Positions 54,072-62,825 of a stretch of DNA of 64,000 nt are shown here, piece by piece (the first letter of the stretch is position 1; each line of letters opens with the position of its first letter). The translations under genes were made by a program, and so were the position numbers. The DNA comes from Candidatus Ozemobacteraceae bacterium (GTDB taxonomy: Bacteria; Muiribacteriota; Ozemobacteria; Ozemobacterales; Ozemobacteraceae), in assembly GCA_965140445.1 (NCBI GenBank), contig OZ223236.1:4032001-4096000 (forward strand), given 5' to 3'. The notes under the pieces are model-generated. The model did not search any database. It saw only the letters and a list, made by a program, of their open reading frames with translations, and was not told where the DNA came from.

Positions 54072-56054
54072 TTAAAACTTTCTTTTTACTATCTTAACGT
54101 TCCCAGCATAATCAAAAACCTTCAAAACCAGTGTCCCGTTCTTTTTTCTTCGCAAAGGTTTTACAACATATACCGAAGCTTTATCTGGATCAGCGTAGAT
54201 CTCACAAGCAACATTATTATAGGTAGCTTGCGAGCCAAGGTAATTTACTCCCTCGCCCAGATCTGTTGCTTTGTAAACCCAACAAGCACCCAGGTGCTTC
54301 AATGTTTGTTGTGATGAATACCAAACTTTTGGAGCAACAGCATCTTCCAACACCACAAATTCACCAGAAGTCCTTGTGGAAGCCCAAAGCACTCCATCAA
54401 TAATCTCTTCCCCCATATGGGAATAACTTCCATTTTTGGCAACAGTATAAATCCCAAGCTTTTTAAGATTATTTCCTTTATAGTTTTCAGGTTTCAAACC
54501 AATTTTTATGGGCTTAAAGAAAACCTTTTCCTTGGGTAAAACGGCAAATACATCACTAAAAGGGGGCAAGAATCCTTTTTTCTTTGAACCTCCAGGTAGA
54601 GGTTTTTTTATAGTTTTTAAAAGCTTGTAAAAACCTGGTCCAGTTAAAGATTTTTTGGAAAACTTTGCATAAAATGAATCATTCAGGTTTAAATCAAACT
54701 TTTCTATATCTCCGTAATTCCAACCATTAAATAATGTTTTATTACCAAATGATAAACCTGTCACATAATCTTTATTGTAGGGAATCAAAATCTCAGCTTC
54801 ATTTCCTATCTTTAAAAAAGGAAGGATTACAGATTTTTTATCTAAATCCAGACAACAAATTGTAGCTCTTTCCTTCAAATCGGGTGATATTGATAAAATC
54901 TTACCTTTTACAAGCACTCCAGATTCGGTATGAGCAACAGAATGAACGTTGCCAAGTTTTAAATCATTTTCACTTATTGGCAAGGAAGAAGCATTTGCTT
55001 CTAACTGTTTTGTAAAGCTTATTTTACCCGCAGCGCTAATCTGGTTACCACCAAAATCAGTGGCAAGAATTTTCAAATCATAAATTCCCGGGGTTTCAGC
55101 ATTCAAAATACCATCTTTAGTTGAATATCCTTTTGAAAAGCTCAGAGTTTCAAGATTCCCTTTAAATAGATTTATGACATACCCGGTCCCACGCATATTT
55201 GACTTAAAATAATCGTAAACAAACGGACATTGATTGTTTTCTGAGTAACTATATTTATGAAATAGCCTTTCGAAAAGCTTTTTTTCATTCAGAAATAGCT
55301 CTATTTTTTCAATTCCATAGAAATTTCCAGCACCATTAGAATCCATTACTCCAACTTTAATTCTAGCCTTTCCGATAATATCAATTGTTTTATTCCAGAC
55401 GTATTTCGTTTTACCAATTTTCTTCAATTTAACGAAATAACTATTAAACGAATTTTCAACTTTAGACCCCATTTGAATAGGCTCAAAATAAAGATTATGA
55501 TATGTAGGTAAAATTTTATCTGCAGGTCTATATCCTAAAATTGCCGGAGCAATCGGCTCATCATTAAGTGTTCTTGTTTCAAAATGCAAATGTGGTGGTC
55601 CAGAACCAGATTCTCCAGAAAAAGCAACGATCTGACCTTTTTTTACAGGGAACTTCCATGGTTTAAAAAACTCGTTAATACCATGCCTTTTCCCCATTTT
55701 AGAAAGCTTCTTACCGCAATAAGACTTTAATGGTTCTGCAAAGTCTTCTAGATGACCGTATACTACTCTTGTTTTTAAACTCGGATGATCTATATAAAGT
55801 CCATAACCATACCCTCTGAATTGTATGCTTGCTCTTGAAATGTATCCATCTGCAATAGCATACACTGGAACTCCGCACCTTCTTTGAGTTCTCAGATCGA
55901 TACCAGCATGAAACCTAAGTCCTCTAAACTCGGCAAAGCTTGAGCTCTGTGAAATACCTATTTTAATTGGCCACTGCAGTGGTTTTTCAGATGCCACCAG
56001 GAAGCCTGGAGTGAATAGTTGAATTAGCAAAAGAAATGTAAATATTTTTTTCAT
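54072..56054 (-). CDS. M23 family metallopeptidase
   Basis: FAEFRGLRFHAGIDLRT (HxxxD), YGHL, SGESGSGPPHLHFE (HxH); likely start MKKIF at 56054 with GGAGG SD (ORF track 56108). Confidence 0.9.
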   Translation of the reverse strand: MKKIFTFLLLIQLFTPGFLVASEKPLQWPIKIGISQSSSFAEFRGLRFHAGIDLRTQRRCGVPVYAIADGYISRASIQFRGYGYGLYIDHPSLKTRVVYGHLEDFAEPLKSYCGKKLSKMGKRHGINEFFKPWKFPVKKGQIVAFSGESGSGPPHLHFETRTLNDEPIAPAILGYRPADKILPTYHNLYFEPIQMGSKVENSFNSYFVKLKKIGKTKYVWNKTIDIIGKARIKVGVMDSNGAGNFYGIEKIELFLNEKKLFERLFHKYSYSENNQCPFVYDYFKSNMRGTGYVINLFKGNLETLSFSKGYSTKDGILNAETPGIYDLKILATDFGGNQISAAGKISFTKQLEANASSLPISENDLKLGNVHSVAHTESGVLVKGKILSISPDLKERATICCLDLDKKSVILPFLKIGNEAEILIPYNKDYVTGLSFGNKTLFNGWNYGDIEKFDLNLNDSFYAKFSKKSLTGPGFYKLLKTIKKPLPGGSKKKGFLPPFSDVFAVLPKEKVFFKPIKIGLKPENYKGNNLKKLGIYTVAKNGSYSHMGEEIIDGVLWASTRTSGEFVVLEDAVAPKVWYSSQQTLKHLGACWVYKATDLGEGVNYLGSQATYNNVACEIYADPDKASVYVVKPLRRKKNGTLVLKVFDYAGNVKIVKRKF

Positions 56055-56136
56055 TATGCCTCCAGTTGGGTAGAGCATACCCCCATATTTCATGATGATC
56101 AATATCAAAGAGTTTAATTTTTTTCAAAAAAATCAC

Positions 56137-56164
56137 TAAGACTTAACTAATTAAAAGACGATAC
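56137..56164 (+). promoter_or_regulatory. Candidate sigma28 promoter of the fliK operon
   Basis: TAAG-16 nt-GACGATAC upstream of AAAGGAGGTG SD and ATG 56211. Confidence 0.6.
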
Positions 56165-56210
56165 AGATATTGGGTAAGTTTTAAATATTTAAAAGAAAGG
56201 AGGTGAAAAA

Positions 56211-58007
56211 ATGACAAATAGTTCTGTCTTAAATTTACTAAACCTATCCTCTACAGGTTTTAATCAAGAAACTGGAAAACTATCTAAATCCTCTGAAGGC
56301 TCTGGAAGCGACTCATTCTTGAGTTTGTTAACTCAGCAGCTAACCTTCTCTGCCGGGAACGGTTCATCTGCATTCAACTCCAAAACTTCCTCACTGGCGG
56401 CATTCTCACCGGGTAAAGTCAGCTCAGGAAATGAACTAAGACCTTCTTTCTCCAAATCAAACTTTGTAACAAAAAAAGACATTGGAAATTCTTCGGAACG
56501 CCGTGAAATTTCTGATTCTTTTGCTGAAAAAGCAAATAAACGCCTGGAGGAATCTACGCGCAACAAAGTTGATGACTCGAAAGAAGCAAATAGTGATTTA
56601 CAAATTGAGGAAACAGACGAAGAGAAAGAATCCATTGCACGAAAGAGCGCTGAGAAAATTTATGACGAGTTGATCACAGACCCTGATATAGCGAATTTTC
56701 TCCAAGGAATGGACAAAAATACAGCTCTTGATTTGATTCAGGCAATTCAGGCTGCTCCTGAAGCCGAGATCACCGAGATTCTGAATAACCCGGAAGCCAT
56801 CATGGAAGGGCTTACTGAACTCATGGAAGAAGCAACGAACATCGATGAAAGTGAAATGGCAGAAATTCTGGCATCAATTTCAAGCTCTGAATCTATGGCT
56901 TCTCTAGCCAACATGCTTGAAAAAAACAGGCCAGAAATCAACCATAAGCTATCTGATGAAAGTTCAAAAAAAGCATCAATTGAAGGGATTAATTCTGAAT
57001 CTCTAAAAACTGTAGAAGATACGGAAGCATCGGATACCAATTCAGATGAGTTAAAGACTGAAACTTCTGATAAAGATCAAATTCAGGAGAAAAAAGCAGA
57101 AACTCACAAAGAAAAAAGTTCTCAAGCAGAATCAAAGATTGAAGATCAAAAAGCAAACTCAGATAATGGCACCCTGAAGTATCGTTCAGAAACGAGCCAA
57201 AAAGAAAACTCCGCTTCTCTTGAAGGGGAAATTTCAGAACAGGTTCAAACTTCAAGCGAAACCGACCTGCCAGAAACCAAAGTTGCAGATTCTTTTCAAT
57301 CAGAATTAACTAACATGCTTATCTCAAGCGACACTACAGATGATTCTCTTAAAAAGAAACTTGTATCTGCAATGCTTCAAAAAGTTAACAACAGCAAAAA
57401 CATGGCAAATGGCGTAAGCGGCGAAGCAACTTATGGTCCAAAACCTATTTCCGGAAACAAATCTTCGTTCCTAAATCAAAATGGGAATCAGGGATTTGCG
57501 AATGGTGGAAATGCTAACGGGACAACTTCTTCCGCTGGATCAGCTGCAGAATCCAGATCAACAGGAAGCCTGGCAAATTCAGTTTTTGCTCAGTTAATGG
57601 AAAAAGCTGAACTTATTAAAGCTCCAGATGGAAAAAAAGTTCTAAATATTGAACTTGATCCAAAAGAATTAGGAAAAATGGAAATGGAGCTGACCTCCAA
57701 GGATGGAACCGTTTCGGCCCGAATTTCAGCTGAAAACTCCGATGTAAAGAGCCAATTAGACGAATTGCTTCCAAAGATTAAAGAGCAATTAAATGAGCAA
57801 GGAATAAATTTAGTTGAAATAACAGTGGATATTTCTTCCAAACATCCCGATGAAAAAAATAGGAATCAAATGTTTGAAGGAAAACATAAGTCTATTTCTG
57901 GTTCAAAAATCGGATCAAATAATGGAGAAGAATTAATTCGAAAGAATGTTCTACCCCATTTAAGGAGAAGAGCTTTAAACATTCAGGCAATAGATCTTAC
58001 GGTTTAG
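56211..58007 (+). CDS. fliK: Flagellar hook-length control protein FliK
   Basis: Long low-complexity N-terminus; IELDPKELGKM.MEL..KDG.VSARI.AEN..VK..L...L..IKEQL.EQGI domain; upstream of flgD. Confidence 0.92.
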   Translation: MTNSSVLNLLNLSSTGFNQETGKLSKSSEGSGSDSFLSLLTQQLTFSAGNGSSAFNSKTSSLAAFSPGKVSSGNELRPSFSKSNFVTKKDIGNSSERREISDSFAEKANKRLEESTRNKVDDSKEANSDLQIEETDEEKESIARKSAEKIYDELITDPDIANFLQGMDKNTALDLIQAIQAAPEAEITEILNNPEAIMEGLTELMEEATNIDESEMAEILASISSSESMASLANMLEKNRPEINHKLSDESSKKASIEGINSESLKTVEDTEASDTNSDELKTETSDKDQIQEKKAETHKEKSSQAESKIEDQKANSDNGTLKYRSETSQKENSASLEGEISEQVQTSSETDLPETKVADSFQSELTNMLISSDTTDDSLKKKLVSAMLQKVNNSKNMANGVSGEATYGPKPISGNKSSFLNQNGNQGFANGGNANGTTSSAGSAAESRSTGSLANSVFAQLMEKAELIKAPDGKKVLNIELDPKELGKMEMELTSKDGTVSARISAENSDVKSQLDELLPKIKEQLNEQGINLVEITVDISSKHPDEKNRNQMFEGKHKSISGSKIGSNNGEELIRKNVLPHLRRRALNIQAIDLTV

Positions 58008-58016
58008 GAGGCCAAA

Positions 58017-58508
58017 ATGGCAATTGAAACAGTCGATGTTGGAAATCCTGGAAAATATGAAACTACGACAAGAAAACCATCGTCTGAACTGGGAAAAAAT
58101 GACTTCCTTCTTCTGCTAACCGAGCAGTTGAAGAATCAGGATCCCATGAATCCTATGGATAATACTGAATATATCAGTCAGTTATCCACATTCAGTGAGT
58201 TGGAACAACTCCAAAACATGAACACTTCACTTGAATCGTTCACAAGCAGTTTCTCGTCAAACTACAAAGCCCAGGCGATGTCATTCCTTGGTGCAACAGT
58301 TACAGCTAAAGCTGAAGATATGCTTCAGCCAATTACTGGAATGGTAGAAACTGTAGGATTTGACAATGGAGAGCCATATCTAAAGGTTGGTGATTACGCA
58401 TTTACTCTTGATGAAATCCAGCTAGCAAGTCCAACTTACATAGATACAGGTTCAAACACGACCGACACTACTGACACGACCACAGAATCAACAGAAGACT
58501 CAGTATAA
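58017..58508 (+). CDS. flgD: Flagellar hook capping protein FlgD
   Basis: LGKNDFLLLLTEQLKNQDPMNPMDNTEYISQLSTFSELEQ. Confidence 0.95.
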   Translation: MAIETVDVGNPGKYETTTRKPSSELGKNDFLLLLTEQLKNQDPMNPMDNTEYISQLSTFSELEQLQNMNTSLESFTSSFSSNYKAQAMSFLGATVTAKAEDMLQPITGMVETVGFDNGEPYLKVGDYAFTLDEIQLASPTYIDTGSNTTDTTDTTTESTEDSV

Positions 58509-58530
58509 AATCTAAAATCCGAGGCAAACT

Positions 58531-58935
58531 ATGGACCCCAGGCTGATGGTTGGACCAAAAGTATCAACTTTGGGTGGAATTTCATTAAACAACTCGAGCT
58601 TAAAGACAAATCAGACAAAACAGGCAAACAACTTTAACTCTCTGTTTAATCAAGTCCTCCAAGGCACAACAAATGGTGACATTAAAATCAGCGCACATGC
58701 CCAGAAAAGGCTCTCAGAACGTAACATTACCATGGACAGCAAACTTGAAAATTCTCTAAAAACTGCAGTTGAGGAATTGGAATCTAAAGGTGCCAAAGAC
58801 TCTCTTGTAATTACGAAAGAAGGGGCTTTCCTTGTAAATGTGCCGAACAAAACACTGGTAACCGCAATGGGACATGAAGAAATGCGAGATGGAATAGTCA
58901 CCAATATAGACAGCGTGAGTATGAAGTATCAATAA
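58531..58935 (+). CDS. Flagellar operon protein (TIGR02530 family)
   Basis: SAHAQKRLSERNI, KGAKDSLVI, AFLVNVPNKTLVTAM, IVTNIDS; between flgD and flgE. Confidence 0.9.
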   Translation: MDPRLMVGPKVSTLGGISLNNSSLKTNQTKQANNFNSLFNQVLQGTTNGDIKISAHAQKRLSERNITMDSKLENSLKTAVEELESKGAKDSLVITKEGAFLVNVPNKTLVTAMGHEEMRDGIVTNIDSVSMKYQ

Positions 58936-59034
58936 GGAGATAAGGCAAGCAAGTTAAAGAAACAGATAAACATTTGTAAGGAAGCAAACAAACTGGGAAC
59001 GCAAAGATAAAAAAACAAACAAATCCAGAACAAT

Positions 59035-59255
59035 GGCCGGACCCTTCCCAGGGAAGCCAATAAAAAGAGGCCTGATTGACAGAAGGCCGATTATCAATCT
59101 TTGCCAACCCCAAGCAGGTTGGCCGGAAAGAGAGAGTCACATGAGGTGCCCAAACTCTCTTCCGGTTGGCTGCTCTTCTAAGATGAAGAGCTACCGAAAG
59201 CATGAAGGAACATAACTTTCGGCCTAACGGCTATATAGCCGCTATATATAAAGGA
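59035..59255 (+). ncRNA. Candidate structured cis-regulatory RNA leader of flgE
   Basis: Seven consecutive stem-loops, GC-richer than flanks, ending next to the flgE SD (see finding). Confidence 0.5.
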
Positions 59256-59264
59256 TAATGTGAT

Positions 59265-62021
59265 ATGATTCGATCATTATTCACGGGAGTAACGGGTCTC
59301 AAAAATTTCCAGACAAAAATGGACGTTCTCAGTAATAATATTGCGAACGTAAATACTACGGCATATAAAAGAGGTCGCGTAATGTTCCAGGACCTCTTCT
59401 CTGAAACATTAAGACACGGGCAGCAAGCCTTTGGTGAATATGGCGGACTCAACCCAATGCAGGTTGGTCTTGGTGTAAAAACAGCAGCCATTGACACTTT
59501 AATGGATCAAGGGGCAATTGAAGGAACTGGAAAACAAACTGACATAGCTATCGAAGGTGCTGGATTCTTTGCAGTTCGAGGCTATGACGGAAACCTCTAC
59601 TACACCAGAGATGGTAACTTAAACGTTAACCCAAACTACGACATGGTTATGACCAACACTGGATTTAAAATGCAAGGTTGGCTATCAACGCAAGATCCAG
59701 TAACTGGAAACCTTGAATTAAAAGAGACTGGTGTAGTTCCATACGATATTAATATTACCAAGTACCTAAAGAAACATGCTCATCAGACAAACTCAGTAAC
59801 CTATTCCTGTAACCTGGATCAGGGCTCGGCTGAAAGAGACATTAAATTAGGCCTTGATACTCTTACTTTTAAGGACAGCGAAGGCAACTTTCAGAATCTA
59901 AAGTTCAAGTTTAAGAAATTAGATTCTCAAAACTGGATATGGTCAGCAGTTGACGAAACAGAAGGTAACGTTGCAACAGGAACCATGAAAACTGACGCAG
60001 ACGGAAACGTTATTGAAAGTACAGTGGAGCCCGCAGGCGCAACTTCCAGCATAGGTGCCCCATACTTTACTTATGATCCAGATGGAAACCCTCAACCAGC
60101 TACTTCAACAATGCCAATTAATGCGATAGCAAACACTGGCACTGGAATAAGCTCTGGTGTTAATGCCACTGGCAATGAAATCAAGGACGAAACCGTTCAA
60201 GTAATTTTTGACGGTGGTGACCCAACCAGAGCCACTTCTTATAGAGTTGTTGGTTCTGAACGTGGATTCATAGGCGCAGGAACTCTGGGCGGAGAACAAG
60301 CCCGTTTACAAGGCACTCCAGTAGCGTTTGGTGCAAACTGGACTCCAGCTGCCAATACATCGTTTGATATTTCAGATCACCAGTTCAATCCACCCCTCAC
60401 GGCTACGGTTAACTTTACTGGTGGGCAGGTTTATTCAACATCTCAAATAGCTGACAATATCAACAGTTCAATGAAAGCTAATGGAGTTAGAGCGACCTGT
60501 TACTATGACTCAGTTACAATGCAGTTCCAGATTGTAAGTAATGACTCTGGTAGTAACCGAGATCTTGAAATCTCTAATCCAGTAGGAAACTTTGCAGACC
60601 TTGGACTAACAGCAGAAAGAGTTGTTGGAACAGGCGGCGCAAGACCAGAAGTTTTTAGTAGCAATGCACTTGCACTTGCTAACGCAACCGCATACGATCC
60701 TTCTAATGACGTCTGGGATCCGTCGAGCGATGTGGCTTTTACTATAACAGACAGAACAGGAAACTCTGCAATCATTCGTTTTGACGACCAGGTAGCTGGA
60801 GCAAACCAGATTTATACAAGAGGAGCTATTCTCGCTGAAATCAACTCAAAGCTTGCTCAGGAAAATGTTAGTGCAACTGCCTCATTCATTGACACTAACA
60901 ACGATGGAAGCCCTGATCAGCTTACAATAACAGGTAATCGTTCCGGTTCAGGAGAAAAAGTAACTTTATCTGGTGACAACAGCATGAATCAGCTTGGCCT
61001 TTCACAGGGTGAAACCAGAGGAACTGCTGCAATCAGCGACTTTGCATATGGTGGATTAGAGTTCACACTAACAGAAGGCGACAACCCATGGCTTCCAAAC
61101 GAAACAATGAGTTTTGCTACTACCGCTGAAAAAGGTGCAGCAGATTCAGTAAATATCTTCGTTCCTCAACCTTCTGCTGATATGGTTAAATTTAGCACCA
61201 CAGTAAATGGCGAAACATTTGAAATTTCCGGAGCAGTAAACGAAGGTGCCAAACACTCTACAAACATTATAGTTTACGATTCACTTGGTGGAGCCCATGG
61301 ACTTGTAACAACCTGGGAACACACAAACTCAGAAACCCAGGAATGGGTTTACAAAATGAGTTATTCTGATGATGATCCTGAAATTGTTAACTGGTTAAAA
61401 GACCCAGCGAACAATATTGCTGACCCAGAAGCTCCCACAGACGCAGATCTGGAAAGAGCAAACGACGCACTTCTCAAAAATCGTGAAGGAACAATTTATT
61501 TCCATGAAAATGGTAAAATTGATTCGGGAAGATCTTTTGTTCCGGTATTGGAATTCCAGCCTCAGGGAAGTAACAAAGTTTCAATTAATCTGAATACAGA
61601 TTTAATTACTCAGTTCAGTTCAGATTTCACTACTAAAGCTGAATATCAAGACGGATATGAAATGGGTCTATTGGAACAGGTTTATTTTGAAGATGATGGA
61701 ATTATCAGAGGTGTATACTCAAATGGTCAAAAACAACCAATTGGTCAAATTGCCGTAACAACTTTCAGAAATCCAGGTGGACTTGAAAAAACAGGTAAAA
61801 ACCTTTATGAATTTTCTCCAAACTCTGGACAACCTGTTGTTGGAAAGGCAGGAATGCAGGATCGTGGTGTAATTGTTCCAGCTTCACTTGAAATGAGTAA
61901 CGTCGATATCTCAGAAGAATTCACCAACATGATTGTTACGCAAAGAGCGTTTCAGGCCAATTCACGTGTAATCACAACCTCAGACGAAATTCTTCAGGAA
62001 GTTGTTAACCTTAAACGATAG
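59265..62021 (+). CDS. flgE: Flagellar hook protein FlgE (918 aa, enlarged)
   Basis: MIRSLFTGVTGL..FQ.KMDV.SNNIANVNT..YK, TG..TDIAIEG.GFF, YTRDG, LEMSNVDISEEFTNMIVTQRAFQANSRVITTSDEILQEVVNLKR. Confidence 0.96.
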   Translation: MIRSLFTGVTGLKNFQTKMDVLSNNIANVNTTAYKRGRVMFQDLFSETLRHGQQAFGEYGGLNPMQVGLGVKTAAIDTLMDQGAIEGTGKQTDIAIEGAGFFAVRGYDGNLYYTRDGNLNVNPNYDMVMTNTGFKMQGWLSTQDPVTGNLELKETGVVPYDINITKYLKKHAHQTNSVTYSCNLDQGSAERDIKLGLDTLTFKDSEGNFQNLKFKFKKLDSQNWIWSAVDETEGNVATGTMKTDADGNVIESTVEPAGATSSIGAPYFTYDPDGNPQPATSTMPINAIANTGTGISSGVNATGNEIKDETVQVIFDGGDPTRATSYRVVGSERGFIGAGTLGGEQARLQGTPVAFGANWTPAANTSFDISDHQFNPPLTATVNFTGGQVYSTSQIADNINSSMKANGVRATCYYDSVTMQFQIVSNDSGSNRDLEISNPVGNFADLGLTAERVVGTGGARPEVFSSNALALANATAYDPSNDVWDPSSDVAFTITDRTGNSAIIRFDDQVAGANQIYTRGAILAEINSKLAQENVSATASFIDTNNDGSPDQLTITGNRSGSGEKVTLSGDNSMNQLGLSQGETRGTAAISDFAYGGLEFTLTEGDNPWLPNETMSFATTAEKGAADSVNIFVPQPSADMVKFSTTVNGETFEISGAVNEGAKHSTNIIVYDSLGGAHGLVTTWEHTNSETQEWVYKMSYSDDDPEIVNWLKDPANNIADPEAPTDADLERANDALLKNREGTIYFHENGKIDSGRSFVPVLEFQPQGSNKVSINLNTDLITQFSSDFTTKAEYQDGYEMGLLEQVYFEDDGIIRGVYSNGQKQPIGQIAVTTFRNPGGLEKTGKNLYEFSPNSGQPVVGKAGMQDRGVIVPASLEMSNVDISEEFTNMIVTQRAFQANSRVITTSDEILQEVVNLKR

Positions 62022-62036
62022 GATAATTAATTAAGC

Positions 62037-62282
62037 ATGATTCAATTGACACGAATTAACCAAAAAAAATTCTACCTTAATCCTGAATTAGTAGAAAACA
62101 TTGAATCATGCCCCGATACTGTAATAACTTTAATTTCTGGAAAAACACTAATGGTATTAGAATCCGTGAGTCTGGTAGTAAAGCGAATAATGCGATACAA
62201 GCGCCAGATTCACGGACTACGCCCATTAAAGAAAAGATCTGCGGAAAAAAATAATTCACGCAGTGCACAAAAAAACTCTTAA
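62037..62282 (+). CDS. flbD: Flagellar protein FlbD
   Basis: MIQLTRIN...FYLNPELVE.IE..PDTVITL.SGK...V.ES. Confidence 0.93.
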   Translation: MIQLTRINQKKFYLNPELVENIESCPDTVITLISGKTLMVLESVSLVVKRIMRYKRQIHGLRPLKKRSAEKNNSRSAQKNS

Positions 62283-62298
62283 AACGTCTGTATCAATA

Positions 62299-62328
62299 TT
62301 GACTTGGCCGTTTTAAGCATGGTAGGTT
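62299..62328 (+). promoter_or_regulatory. Candidate internal sigma70 promoter for fliL
   Basis: TTGACT-18 nt-TAGGTT with TG extended -10, ending 8 nt before the fliL ATG; no SD. Confidence 0.35.
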
Positions 62329-62336
62329 TATAAACT

Positions 62337-62804
62337 ATGTCTTCAAAAACCAAATTAATTCTTATAGTTCTTGCAGTTATGTTGCTTGTACTTGTAGTTG
62401 TTGGTGTTGCCTACATGACAACACGAAAGGCTATAACAGGACCAGGCGGAGCACCTTCTCCACCACCTGTACAAGAAGAAATAGCTACTTCCCCTAAGAT
62501 GGGCAGATTTGATCTGGGTGAATTTATCGCAACTTCAAGAGACGAGGAACTTCATTATGTGAAGATTCAGGTAGAAGTTGGATATGTTGGAAACCTGGAG
62601 CAAGAGCTAGAAGAAAGAAAAGCCGAATTGCGTGATGCAATCACAACAATTTTAATGAAACTCAATATTCAAAGGGCAAAAGAAGATTACATCGACCACT
62701 TTTTGCACAAGGATATTGAAAAAGAACTAAACAGAATTCTAGGGAAATCAACTTCGGAGAGTCGAATTATCAAAGTTTTTATTCCTACCTTTCTAATAAA
62801 TTAA
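62337..62804 (+). CDS. fliL: Flagellar basal body protein FliL
   Basis: N-terminal TM; LGEFI..., HYVKI, ELEER..ELRDAI, KE.NRIL, I.KVFI..F. Confidence 0.9.
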   Translation: MSSKTKLILIVLAVMLLVLVVVGVAYMTTRKAITGPGGAPSPPPVQEEIATSPKMGRFDLGEFIATSRDEELHYVKIQVEVGYVGNLEQELEERKAELRDAITTILMKLNIQRAKEDYIDHFLHKDIEKELNRILGKSTSESRIIKVFIPTFLIN

Positions 62805-62825
62805 AACAGAGTCAGATTTAGCTAA

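Noticed and set aside
54015..54314. 99-aa plus-strand ORF
   Set aside because: Runs through a terminator hairpin and antisense to the M23 gene.
59033..59215. 60-aa ORF (and 101-aa antisense ORF 58898-59203) upstream of flgE
   Set aside because: No SD, atypical composition; sequence is better explained by RNA stem-loops. A leader peptide cannot be fully excluded.
59035..59255. c-di-GMP-I (GEMM) riboswitch
   Set aside because: I could not find the GGCAAA/GAAA tetraloop-receptor layout of GEMM; needs an Infernal search to exclude formally.
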